A stretch of 64,000 nucleotides of DNA, from the NCBI GenBank assembly GCA_947630575.1, contig CANRIB010000003.1, positions 15,670-79,669 of the forward strand, in the 5' to 3' direction. Below, in pieces: positions 37,807-47,377 of the stretch. Every line of letters begins with the position of its first letter. Positions within the stretch are counted from its first letter, which is position 1. The notes under the pieces were generated by a model. It saw only the letters and a program-made list of their open reading frames with translations. It was not told the DNA's origin and did no database searches. A program made the position numbers and the translations under genes. This DNA is from an uncultured Bacilli bacterium (lineage in GTDB: Bacteria > Bacillota_I > Bacilli_A > RF39 > UBA660).

Positions 37807-38160
37807 ATGTTATTAATGGCACCGTCAATATGTACAGATTTAGCCCCAATATGGCAAATTATTGGTTGGGTATTATGGGTATTTAAAATTGCAATTCCAA
37901 TAGTTATAATTGTTTTTGGAATGATTGATTTAGGAAAAGCAGTTGTAGCAAGTAAAGATGATGAAATTAAAAAATCTGTTAAATCTTTAGTAATGCGTGC
38001 TATCGCAGGTATCGTAATATTCTTTATTCCAACAATTGTAGGAGCAATTTTTGGTTTAGTAAGTGAGTTCAAAGATGATCCTGCATATACTAATGAATTT
38101 AAAATATGCCGAACTTGTATTGTTCATCCTGGGGATAGTAATTGTAATCCAAATAATTAA
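37807..38160 (+). CDS. small 2-TM protein, TrbC/VirB2-type pilin-like, with Cys-containing C-terminal tail
   Basis: Has its own promoter: TTGACA, 17 nt, then TAAAAT (about 37746-37774), plus a GAGGGA RBS. Two hydrophobic helices flank the loop GKAVVASKDDEIKKSVKS. Terminator at 38168-38192. Confidence 0.45.
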   Translation: MLLMAPSICTDLAPIWQIIGWVLWVFKIAIPIVIIVFGMIDLGKAVVASKDDEIKKSVKSLVMRAIAGIVIFFIPTIVGAIFGLVSEFKDDPAYTNEFKICRTCIVHPGDSNCNPNN

Positions 38161-38167
38161 AAATAAT

Positions 38168-38192
38168 AATTCCATTTTTGGAATTTTTTTTT
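38168..38192 (+). terminator. intrinsic terminator closing the Tad-like locus
   Basis: aattcca-tttt-tggaatt followed by a T-run. Confidence 0.7.
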
Positions 38193-38726
38193 AAACTAAA
38201 ATATAAATGCTTGCCCAAGAAAATTAGCAAAGTTCCAATTTTTGAAAATTGATATTAAATTTTAATAAAAGTTTTCAATAAAATAAAAATTAGTTTTTCT
38301 TGAATAAAAAGCACATATATAGTGAATAAAATAATTAAAAATATTAAAAACATTTGCCTTTTTTAAAATTAAGTGCTAATATATAAACATCAATTTAAAA
38401 AGAGGAACATATTTAGAACTAAACACTAAGCAATGTTTTTTAAACAAAGTTCTCACTTTTTGAATGATAAATATATAGTTGATTAATGACTTATTTGTCA
38501 TGAATAATTACTTAGTTAGGACATAAGTAATTATTTTTTTAAATAAAAATTAAAGAATAGATATTTTTATTATTTAATTTAAGCTCTAGGAACATTATTT
38601 ATATTTTTAAACTAAATTCTCATCTAATATTTTTCGGGAACTTTAAATAATAAGTAACATTTTTGAAAATTTTGTGCATAAAAATATTGACTTTAAACAT
38701 AATATATACTATACTTTAGTAGTACT

Positions 38727-38802
38727 GCCCAATTAGCTCAGTCGGTAGAGCGCACGGCTGTTAACCGTTAGGTCGTAGGTTCGAGTCCTACATTGGGCGC
38801 CA
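38727..38802 (+). tRNA. tRNA-Asn (GTT anticodon), CCA encoded
   Basis: Cloverleaf readable by eye: acceptor gcccaat/attgggc, D-arm gctcagtcggtagagc, anticodon loop ctGTTaa, T-arm gtaggttcgagtcctac, then gCCA. A TTGACT-17-TATACT promoter lies upstream. Confidence 0.95.
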
Positions 38803-38980
38803 TTAAGAATATTAAGCAAGTTTGATAAATATCCATACTTGCTTTTATTTTGTATTTAACTAAAATTATTTCAAAAATCTAACATTATAAATTATGATTG
38901 TATAATAGATTCAAAATAAATATTTAATTGTAAAAAGTTTTTCAATATAGTATAATAATTTTATTACAGGAAGGTTTATC

Positions 38981-41305
38981 ATGGAAAAGCTAATAATAAT
39001 TACAAGTAATGAAAATAAAAAGAAAATACTTAAAGAACTTACTAAAAATAAACTATTATACAATATTAAATTTTATTCTTTATCAGAATTAAAGAAAAAA
39101 CTATATTTTGATTATAATAATGATACTCTTGCTTATATAATGCAAAAATATCAAGTGAATTTAAGTATTGCTCAGGTTTATTTAAATAATCTATATTTTT
39201 TATCAGATATAGAAAATAAAAAAGTTAAATTTTTGCTTTCTTTAAAAAAAGATTTAGAAAAAAATAATTTACTAATTAAAAGTCCTAATTTTAAATCTAG
39301 CCTCAAAAATAAAAATATTATCTTATATGGATATAATCACTTAACTCCAGAAGATAATTTAATATTAAATGAACTAGAAACTAATATTACAATTAAAAAA
39401 GTACCTAAAAAAGAATACATTCCAAGCATCTATGAAGCTGATACCATCGAAGAAGAAGTGGAATTTATCATGGATGAAATAAGCAAATTAATACATGATA
39501 ACATAGATATATCCAAAATAAAAATAATATCTAATAATGAATACACCACAGTTTTAAAAAGATATGCCAAACTTTACAATATTCCTATAAATATAAAAAA
39601 TAAAGCATCTTTATATAGTACTTTTATTGCTCAAGATTTTCTAAATAACTATGATTACATGAGCCTTAAAGAAAACATTTTAACATTAAGTGAAAAATAC
39701 ACCAATATAAATGATTTAATTAAAGTACTTAATAAATCAGCATCTATTGAAAACAATCAACTAAGAAAAGAATTTATCATAAACGATTTAAAAAATAGTT
39801 CTATCAATAATATTAAGTATAAAAACGCTATAGAAATATGCAATATTAAAGATAATTTCCAAGATGATGAACACATTTTCCTTTTAGGATTTAACATCAA
39901 TAGTTATCCCAAAATTGAAAAAGATGAAGAATTTTTAAGTGATAATATTAAGGAAAAACTTGGCCGTAACACCAGCACCATAAATAATAAAATTAACAAA
40001 GAAATATTAAAAGAACAAATATTATCAATTAAAAATTTAGTTATAACTTATAAGTTAAGTAGCAAATCCGGAACTTTTTATCCTTCCTTATTAATAAAAG
40101 AAATGTCTTTAAATGTTTCTAAAATAAACATTGATCGCTTAATAAGCTACTCCAAATTAAATAGTTCTTTAGAATATGCGAAAAATCTTGATAAACTAAT
40201 CAAATTTAATATTCTAAGTCCTGAATTAGGATTATATCAAAATAGTCTAAATATTCCATATCGTGAATATAATAATGTTTTTAAAGGCATCAATAAAGAT
40301 AGTTATCAAAAAAGCTTAAATAATAACTTATCTCTTGCATACACCAACATGGAAATGTATAACGAATGCCATTTTAAATATTACTTAAGTAAAGTTTTAA
40401 AAATAGATAAATATGAAGAAACTTTTAAAACCATGTTAGGAACTATAACTCACCACATATTAGAACTATCCTTAACTAAAGACATTGATATAGCAACCGA
40501 AATAATTAATTTTACTAAAGAAAAAGAATATAATTTAAATAAACGTGAATATTTTTATTTAGATAAATTATGTTCTGAACTAAAAGAAATCATTGAAATA
40601 ATTAAAGAACAAAAAAAACATACTAAATTAACTAAATATCTTTTCGAAGAAGAATTATATGTTTATAAAGATATAGAAAACATGAATATTACCTTTAAAG
40701 GTTTAATTGACAAAATTATGTATAATGAATTTAATAATAAACAAGTTATCGCGGTCGTAGATTATAAAACTGGTAATACCAAAATAAATTTAAATAATTT
40801 AAAATATGGCTTAGATATTCAATTACCCATTTATTTATATTTATTAAAAAAGAGTTCTAAATTTAAAGATGCTGAGATTGGTGGTTTTTACATCCAAAAA
40901 GTCTTAAATAAAGTTCCTTCAATTAGTTCTAAAACTCTCGCTGAAATTCGTCAAGATAATTTAAAACTTCAAGGCTATTCCAACAAAGATGAAAACATAC
41001 TCGCTTTATTAGACGATGAATACACCAAAAGTACAGTTATAAAAGATTTAGTCTATAAACAAAATGGTGAAATAAGTAGTAAAGCAAAAGTCTTATCTAA
41101 CCAAGAAATGGAAGAATTAACTTATCAGGTAGAAGAAAAAATAAATGAATGTATAGACTCTATTTTAAATGCCGAGTTTTCCATAAATCCTAAAATTCAA
41201 GATAAGAAAAATCGTTCCTGTACCTATTGTTTATTTAAAGATATATGTTTTAAAACTAAAAAAGATGAAGTAATATTAGGAGGTGAAGAAAATGAAATGG
41301 ACTGA
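38981..41305 (+). CDS. addB: helicase-nuclease subunit AddB (short form, no Walker A)
   Basis: It lies upstream of and overlaps addA. The C-terminal nuclease/Fe-S region has ...NECHFKYYL... and ...SCTYCLFKDIC. It is 774 aa, compared with about 1160 aa in B. subtilis. Confidence 0.8.
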   Translation: MEKLIIITSNENKKKILKELTKNKLLYNIKFYSLSELKKKLYFDYNNDTLAYIMQKYQVNLSIAQVYLNNLYFLSDIENKKVKFLLSLKKDLEKNNLLIKSPNFKSSLKNKNIILYGYNHLTPEDNLILNELETNITIKKVPKKEYIPSIYEADTIEEEVEFIMDEISKLIHDNIDISKIKIISNNEYTTVLKRYAKLYNIPINIKNKASLYSTFIAQDFLNNYDYMSLKENILTLSEKYTNINDLIKVLNKSASIENNQLRKEFIINDLKNSSINNIKYKNAIEICNIKDNFQDDEHIFLLGFNINSYPKIEKDEEFLSDNIKEKLGRNTSTINNKINKEILKEQILSIKNLVITYKLSSKSGTFYPSLLIKEMSLNVSKINIDRLISYSKLNSSLEYAKNLDKLIKFNILSPELGLYQNSLNIPYREYNNVFKGINKDSYQKSLNNNLSLAYTNMEMYNECHFKYYLSKVLKIDKYEETFKTMLGTITHHILELSLTKDIDIATEIINFTKEKEYNLNKREYFYLDKLCSELKEIIEIIKEQKKHTKLTKYLFEEELYVYKDIENMNITFKGLIDKIMYNEFNNKQVIAVVDYKTGNTKINLNNLKYGLDIQLPIYLYLLKKSSKFKDAEIGGFYIQKVLNKVPSISSKTLAEIRQDNLKLQGYSNKDENILALLDDEYTKSTVIKDLVYKQNGEISSKAKVLSNQEMEELTYQVEEKINECIDSILNAEFSINPKIQDKKNRSCTYCLFKDICFKTKKDEVILGGEENEMD

Positions 41306-44300
41306 AGAACAAGAAGCTGCGATTAATGAAGAAGGCTGTAATATTATTGTTTCTGCTGGTGCTGGTTCCGGCAAAACCGCAGTTTTATCAGAGCGTGTAT
41401 TAAGAAAAGTAAACTCTGGCATTGATATTAGAAAAATCCTAATGTTAACATTTACTAATGAAGCCGCCGGAGAAATGAAAAATCGTATTCGCAAAAAATT
41501 AGCTAAAGCCGGATTAAAAAAAGATTTAGAATACATTGACAGTGCTTATATTACTACTTTTGATGCTTATGCTCTATCATGTGTCAAAAAATATCATTAT
41601 TTATTAAATATTAGTCCTAATATTACCATTATTGATTCATCTCTAATTGACTTAGAAAAAAATAAAATATTAGAAGATATATTTTTAGAATTATATGAAC
41701 AAAAAGAAGCAAACTTTCTAAAATTAGTTGGTGATTTTACTAATCGTGATGACAAAACTATCCAAGAAGCCATCTTAAATATTAAAAAATCATTAGAACT
41801 AAAATATGATATGGAAGATTATTTAAATAATTATATTGATAATTATTATAATGAAACCTATATAGATAACTTACTTACTGAATATTTTAATTATTTAAAA
41901 AATATTTCTGAACAAATCGCCGATGATTTAGCCGTATTAGAAAATTATCTAGATGAAAAAGACTATATTAAAGTATATGATACTTACAGCAAGCTCACTC
42001 AAATCCGTTCTTATGAGGATTTATATAAAATTAAAGAATGCAAATGTACTTTTAGAAATGTTCCGGAAGAAGCTATAAATATTAAGGATGATTTAAAAGA
42101 AAATGCTAAAACTTTAATGGAACTTACTAAATATAGTTTAGCTGAATTAAAAGAACAATATTACATGACTAAAGATTATGTTTCTATAATTATTAAAATT
42201 ATTTTAGAATTAGAAAAACGGCTTCAACTATATAAAAAAGAAAAAGCTGCTTTTGAATTTACTGATATAGCCAAAATGGCCATTAAAATTGTAAAAGAAC
42301 ATCCCGATATAAAAGAAGAACTAAAAAATACTTATAATGAAATATTAATAGATGAATATCAAGACACAAATGATTTACAAGAAACATTTATAAATGAAAT
42401 ATCAAATAACAATGTTTATATGGTCGGCGATATTAAGCAATCAATTTATCGCTTCCGCAATGCTAACCCTGATATTTTTAAAAATAAATATGAAAATTAT
42501 AGTAAAAATATTGGTGGCAAAAAAATAGATTTATTAAAAAATTTTAGATCTCGCAAAGAAGTTTTAACTAATATTAATGAAATATTTAATTTAATTATGA
42601 CTGAAAAAATAGGGAAGGTAAATTATCATCATAATCATGAAATGGTTTATGGTAATCTTGCTTATATTAATGAAGGTGCCAATAATTATAACAATAATTT
42701 AGAAATTCTAAAATATGATTATCAAGACAAAGAATATAGTAATGCCGAAATTGAAGCTTTTAGTATTGCCCAAGATATTAAAGCCAAAATGCAGATTAAT
42801 TACCAAGTATTTGATTTTGATTTAAATCATAATAGAGATATTACATTTAGTGATTTTTGCATTATTTTAGACCGGGGAACAGATATGCCTTTATATAAAA
42901 AAATATTTGAATACTTAAATATTCCTATGGAAGTTTATAAAGATAATAATCTAACTGAAGAAAATGATATAATGGTTATTAAAAATATCATTAATTTAAT
43001 CTTATGTATTAAAAATAAAGATTATAATATCAATATGCGTTATGCCTTTATAAGTATTGCTAGAAGTTTTTTAAGTGACTTAGATGATGCCCAAATATTT
43101 GAGCTTATAAATAATAATACTTTTTATAACCATGAAATATATCAAAAATGTTATAATTTAAGTTTAAATATTGATAATAAGACTCCTGAAATATTATTAG
43201 AAGAAATAATTGACACTTTTAATTTTTATGAGAACTATCTAAAAACTGGAGAAATAATCGCAAGTTTAACTCGTCTTGATAATTTATTTGATATTGCCAG
43301 TTCTCTAGAAGATTTAGGCTTTACTATTATAGATTTTTCTAATTATTTAGATAACATGATAAAAGAAGCCAAAGAAATTAGATACAAAGAGAAAAAGAGT
43401 AGTTCCAACTGTGTCAAAATAATGAACATCCATAAATCAAAAGGTTTAGAGTTTCCTCTTTGTTACTATGCTGGTTTTAAAAAAACATTTAATTTAGGTG
43501 ATTTACAAAGTAGATTCATGTATGACAAAAAATATGGTATTTTAACTCCCTTTTTCAAAGAAGGAATAGGGACCTTATTTACTAAAGAACTAATAAAAAA
43601 TAATTATTATTTAGAAGAAATATCCGAAAAAATTCGTCTTTTTTATGTTGCTTTAACCCGCGCTAAAGAAAAGATGATTATAGTAATACCTAATTTTGAA
43701 ACTGAAAAATCTGCCCAAGGCGAAGTAGATTTTCTAACAGGAATGAAATATCGTTCTTTCTATGATTTTATTAATTCTATTTCACTTAATTTATCAAAGT
43801 ATATGAAATTAATCAATATAAATGATTTAAGTTTAACTAAAAAATATGAATATCAAAGTTTGATAACTAATAAAAACCCTAAAAGTAATCAAAAAATAAC
43901 TTTTATTACTAATAATATTCCAAATGAAATAATTGAAAATAAACATGCCTCAAAAACCATCACTAATCTTTTAACTAAAGAAGAACAAGCTAATCTAGAT
44001 TATGGAACTAAAATACATGAATTATTAGAATATACAAATTTTTTAGATAATAATAATCCCAATAGTATTATAACTAATTTAAAAAATACTTTTAATTTTC
44101 AAGATGCGGAAATATATCAAGAATTAGAATTTATTTTTACTGAAGATAATAATGAATATCATGGTATTATTGATTTAATGCTAGAATATGAAAATGAAAT
44201 AAAAATAATAGATTATAAATTAAAAGAAATAGATGATGAAGCATATCAACATCAACTTAATATTTATTATAAATATATCCAAAAAATCAAAAATAAACCC

Positions 44301-44375
44301 ATTAAATTATATTTATATTCTATAATAGAAAACAAAATAAAAGAATTAAAAATTGAACCCAATATGTCAATTTAA
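41292..44375 (+). CDS. addA: ATP-dependent helicase/nuclease subunit AddA
   Basis: UvrD-type motifs are present (SAGAGSGKT, ILIDEYQDTN, VGDIKQSIYRFRNA, MNIHKSKGLEF, LFYVALTRAKEKM) with a C-terminal RecB-type nuclease (GIIDLM...IIDYK). ATG 41292 follows a GGAGGTG RBS. Confidence 0.9.
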   Translation: MKWTEEQEAAINEEGCNIIVSAGAGSGKTAVLSERVLRKVNSGIDIRKILMLTFTNEAAGEMKNRIRKKLAKAGLKKDLEYIDSAYITTFDAYALSCVKKYHYLLNISPNITIIDSSLIDLEKNKILEDIFLELYEQKEANFLKLVGDFTNRDDKTIQEAILNIKKSLELKYDMEDYLNNYIDNYYNETYIDNLLTEYFNYLKNISEQIADDLAVLENYLDEKDYIKVYDTYSKLTQIRSYEDLYKIKECKCTFRNVPEEAINIKDDLKENAKTLMELTKYSLAELKEQYYMTKDYVSIIIKIILELEKRLQLYKKEKAAFEFTDIAKMAIKIVKEHPDIKEELKNTYNEILIDEYQDTNDLQETFINEISNNNVYMVGDIKQSIYRFRNANPDIFKNKYENYSKNIGGKKIDLLKNFRSRKEVLTNINEIFNLIMTEKIGKVNYHHNHEMVYGNLAYINEGANNYNNNLEILKYDYQDKEYSNAEIEAFSIAQDIKAKMQINYQVFDFDLNHNRDITFSDFCIILDRGTDMPLYKKIFEYLNIPMEVYKDNNLTEENDIMVIKNIINLILCIKNKDYNINMRYAFISIARSFLSDLDDAQIFELINNNTFYNHEIYQKCYNLSLNIDNKTPEILLEEIIDTFNFYENYLKTGEIIASLTRLDNLFDIASSLEDLGFTIIDFSNYLDNMIKEAKEIRYKEKKSSSNCVKIMNIHKSKGLEFPLCYYAGFKKTFNLGDLQSRFMYDKKYGILTPFFKEGIGTLFTKELIKNNYYLEEISEKIRLFYVALTRAKEKMIIVIPNFETEKSAQGEVDFLTGMKYRSFYDFINSISLNLSKYMKLININDLSLTKKYEYQSLITNKNPKSNQKITFITNNIPNEIIENKHASKTITNLLTKEEQANLDYGTKIHELLEYTNFLDNNNPNSIITNLKNTFNFQDAEIYQELEFIFTEDNNEYHGIIDLMLEYENEIKIIDYKLKEIDDEAYQHQLNIYYKYIQKIKNKPIKLYLYSIIENKIKELKIEPNMSI

Positions 44376-44447
44376 AATAAAATTTAAAGGAATACTTGAG
44401 CTAAAAACCAATTTATGATAATATAATCTTATAGGAGGATTATATAT

Positions 44448-44999
44448 ATGAAATGGCTTATTATATTAATAATAATTGTAGTAATTATTGTCTTATGGGT
44501 TTTAGCAACTTATAATACTTTAGTATCACTTCGTAATCGTGTTAAAGATTCATGGAGCCAAATCGATGTTCAATTAAAAAGAAGATTTGATTTAATTCCT
44601 AATTTAGTTGAAACCGTTAAAGGCTATACTAAACATGAAAAAGAAACACTAGAAGATGTTGTTAAAGCAAGAAACTCTTACTTAAGTGCTACTTTACCAG
44701 AAGACCAAATGAAAGCTGATGGTGAACTTACTAAAGCTGTAAGTAAATTATTTGCCTTATCTGAAAGCTATCCCGATTTAAAAGCTAACACTAATTTTAT
44801 GGAACTACAAACAGAATTAAATGAAACTGAAAACAAAATTGCTATGTCAAGACAATTTTATAATGATATTGTCATGCAGTATAATAACAAAGTAGAAATG
44901 GTTCCTTCAAATATTGTTGCCGGTATGTTTAAATTTACTAAGGAAGCTTTCTTTCAAGCAAATGAAACTGAGAAACAAAACGTTCAAGTTAAATTTTAA
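44448..44999 (+). CDS. lemA: LemA family protein
   Basis: N-terminal TM plus the LemA blocks YNTLV.LRN.V...WSQIDVQLKRR.DLIPNLV, ESYPDLKAN and R..YN. Confidence 0.9.
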   Translation: MKWLIILIIIVVIIVLWVLATYNTLVSLRNRVKDSWSQIDVQLKRRFDLIPNLVETVKGYTKHEKETLEDVVKARNSYLSATLPEDQMKADGELTKAVSKLFALSESYPDLKANTNFMELQTELNETENKIAMSRQFYNDIVMQYNNKVEMVPSNIVAGMFKFTKEAFFQANETEKQNVQVKF

Positions 45000-45037
45000 G
45001 ACTTAGGTTTCTAAGTCTTTTTTTGAAGGAGAATAAC

Positions 45038-46957
45038 ATGAAAAAATTTATTTTAAGTATATTTTTATTTATTTTAATGCCCACCAGTGTTTTGGCGGCT
45101 AACTATGATATAACAAATCAATTAATTAAGGCAGAAATAGAACCCAATGGTGATTTAAAAATCTCAGAATTAATTGTTATGGATGGAACTTTTAATGGCT
45201 ACGAAAAAACTTTAAGTTATGCTAATTCTTTATTACAAGATAATTTATCAAGTACTGAGAATAATAGTTTATATAACGCATCTAATTTAGAATTAATTGC
45301 CATCAAAGGAAAATATGTCAATGCCGTTAATTTTGATACCTTTAATGATTCTGATTTTGAAACTTTTGATTTAGTTAGTTATGCCTCTAATGGGGATAAA
45401 GCCAAATATACCCAAAACTCTAATTATAATGGTTACACCTATCGCCTATATTATAAAACAGATAATAAAAAAACAGCATTTTTAATTACTTATCGCTTAA
45501 AAAGGGTAGTTGTTTTACACTCTGACGTAGCAGAATTATATTGGAATTTTATTACTCCCAATGATTATGATGATATAAATAACATTAAAGTTCAAGTATT
45601 ATTACCTAACTCTGATAATTCCGATAATTTTCGTATTTGGGCGCATGGAGATTTATCAGGAGAAATAAACAAACTAGAAAACAATAAAGGTGCTCTTGCT
45701 GCGATAAACCATATGGATGCTTCATCTACTCTTGATATTCGTATGACTTTTGATAAAAACTTAATAACTGATGAAAGCACAATTAAAAAAGATTCTTATT
45801 CTACTTTAGATGATATTATTGCCATTGAAGAAGAAAGGGCTGAAATTGCCAATAATCTTCGTGAAGAACTAAAAGCAAAAAGAAGATTTGGTATTATAAG
45901 CACAATCTTTATGTATATAGCCATAATTATTTCTACTATTTTTATATATTTTAAATATGGTAAAAGTCCTAAATCAACTTATTATTCTAAATATAATCGA
46001 GAATTTATTGATGATTATAATGTTGAAGTAATCGATTATTTAATGCACCGAAAAATAACGCCAAATGCTATGAGTGCATCTATCATGAATTTAATATATA
46101 AGAAAAACTTATCTGTAACCGAAATCCCCAATCCTAAAAATTCCAATAAAAAAGAATATAAATTTACTTTAGAAAATATGGATAATATTAATGAAAGTGA
46201 AAAAATATTAATTGATTTTCTATTTAATAAAGTTGGAGAAGAAAATATTAATGCTGAAAATAAAAAAGAATTTACAACTATCGAATTAAAAAAATATGCT
46301 AAAAGTACTAAAACTTGCAATACCTTTGTTAATAGCTATACAGCTTGGAAAAATAATGTTATAGAAGTAGGTAAAAATGAAAAATTTTATATATCATCTG
46401 CTGTTCCTAAAATAATTGGTGCCATTATTATGGTCTTATCTTATTTTGTATTTATGTTTAATATTACTAATGACACTGTATTTATTCCCGCCTTTTTACT
46501 TATCTTTATTGCTATTGCTTTTCTAATTTATTCTCTACTTGTTATTAAAAAAACCGAAAAGGGAAGTGAACACTATACCAAATGGAACGCCTTTAAAAAT
46601 TTCTTAAATGATTTTGGCTCTTTTGAACTAAAAGAATTACCCGAAATAATTTTATGGGAAAGATATTTAGTTTACGCGACTGTCTTTGGTCTTGCTGATA
46701 AAGTTGAAAAAAGCATGAACGTCAAAATTAAAGAAGTAGATATTTCTACTTACAATTATTATCCATCTTTTGTTTATTTCAATTTTGGACCATCTATTAA
46801 TAATAGTATCACAACCGCGGTTAATAATGCCTATCATAGTCAAGCAGCAAACTACGCTAATACTCACTCATCAAGTTCCAGTGGAGGAGGCTTTGGTGGT
46901 GGCTTCTCATCAGGTGGTGGCTTCGGTGGAGGTGGCTCATCAGGTCATGGTTTCTAA
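45038..46957 (+). CDS. DUF2207-like membrane protein with Gly-rich C-terminal tail
   Basis: Signal peptide, central TMs and the tail SSSSGGGFGGGFSSGGGFGGGGSSGHGF. The LemA/DUF2207 gene pairing is common. Confidence 0.7.
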   Translation: MKKFILSIFLFILMPTSVLAANYDITNQLIKAEIEPNGDLKISELIVMDGTFNGYEKTLSYANSLLQDNLSSTENNSLYNASNLELIAIKGKYVNAVNFDTFNDSDFETFDLVSYASNGDKAKYTQNSNYNGYTYRLYYKTDNKKTAFLITYRLKRVVVLHSDVAELYWNFITPNDYDDINNIKVQVLLPNSDNSDNFRIWAHGDLSGEINKLENNKGALAAINHMDASSTLDIRMTFDKNLITDESTIKKDSYSTLDDIIAIEEERAEIANNLREELKAKRRFGIISTIFMYIAIIISTIFIYFKYGKSPKSTYYSKYNREFIDDYNVEVIDYLMHRKITPNAMSASIMNLIYKKNLSVTEIPNPKNSNKKEYKFTLENMDNINESEKILIDFLFNKVGEENINAENKKEFTTIELKKYAKSTKTCNTFVNSYTAWKNNVIEVGKNEKFYISSAVPKIIGAIIMVLSYFVFMFNITNDTVFIPAFLLIFIAIAFLIYSLLVIKKTEKGSEHYTKWNAFKNFLNDFGSFELKELPEIILWERYLVYATVFGLADKVEKSMNVKIKEVDISTYNYYPSFVYFNFGPSINNSITTAVNNAYHSQAANYANTHSSSSSGGGFGGGFSSGGGFGGGGSSGHGF

Positions 46958-47059
46958 TCTAAACTAAAAATGATAATTTATAAAAAAGTTATCATTTTTT
47001 TAATAATTAAATTTACTATCAAAAAAAGCGATATTTATTATCACTCTTAAAAGCATTAA

Positions 47060-47257
47060 TTATTCATTCTTATAAAAATTTAAATCATCAGTTGATAAAT
47101 TAAGAAGCGCAAACTCTATACATTCATTTAGTATTCTATTAATAGATAAATTTGAAGATATAGATAATTCTTCTACTTTTTGCAAAGTAGATAACTTAAG
47201 TCTTATTGTTTTTAAAACAGTTTTCTCTTCTGCAGTAGGCAATTTAAATTTTGGCAT
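47060..47257 (-). CDS. small putative ribbon-helix-helix DNA-binding protein (65 aa)
   Basis: Start moved to MPKFKL, which has an AGGAGTG RBS. The pattern KTIRLKLS (strand), TLQKVEELS (helix), SINRILNECIEFALLNL (helix) fits an RHH fold. The gene is divergent from the 47378 gene. Confidence 0.4.
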   Translation of the reverse strand: MPKFKLPTAEEKTVLKTIRLKLSTLQKVEELSISSNLSINRILNECIEFALLNLSTDDLNFYKNE

Positions 47258-47377
47258 AGATATCACTCCTAATAAAATTTTAATAAATTGTATTACTTTT
47301 TGTAAGTTACACAATTTGTGTTACATTTATTCAAAAAATATGTTATAATAATTTTAATTAAAATAGGAGTGATAAAA

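Noticed and set aside
37686-38072. 128-aa minus-strand ORF that competes with the 117-aa plus-strand pilin-like ORF.
   Set aside because: The plus-strand ORF has a consensus promoter, an RBS, a terminator and a coherent 2-TM layout. The minus-strand ORF has none of these and would run into the tadC-like gene.
41276-41536. 86-aa minus-strand ORF across the addB/addA junction. Similar small antisense ORFs lie in the 45.6-46.9 kb, 48.5 kb and 51.0-52.0 kb regions.
   Set aside because: All are nested in recognisable genes (addA, the DUF2207 gene, B1, the transposase gene, the transglutaminase-like gene) and have no translation signals.
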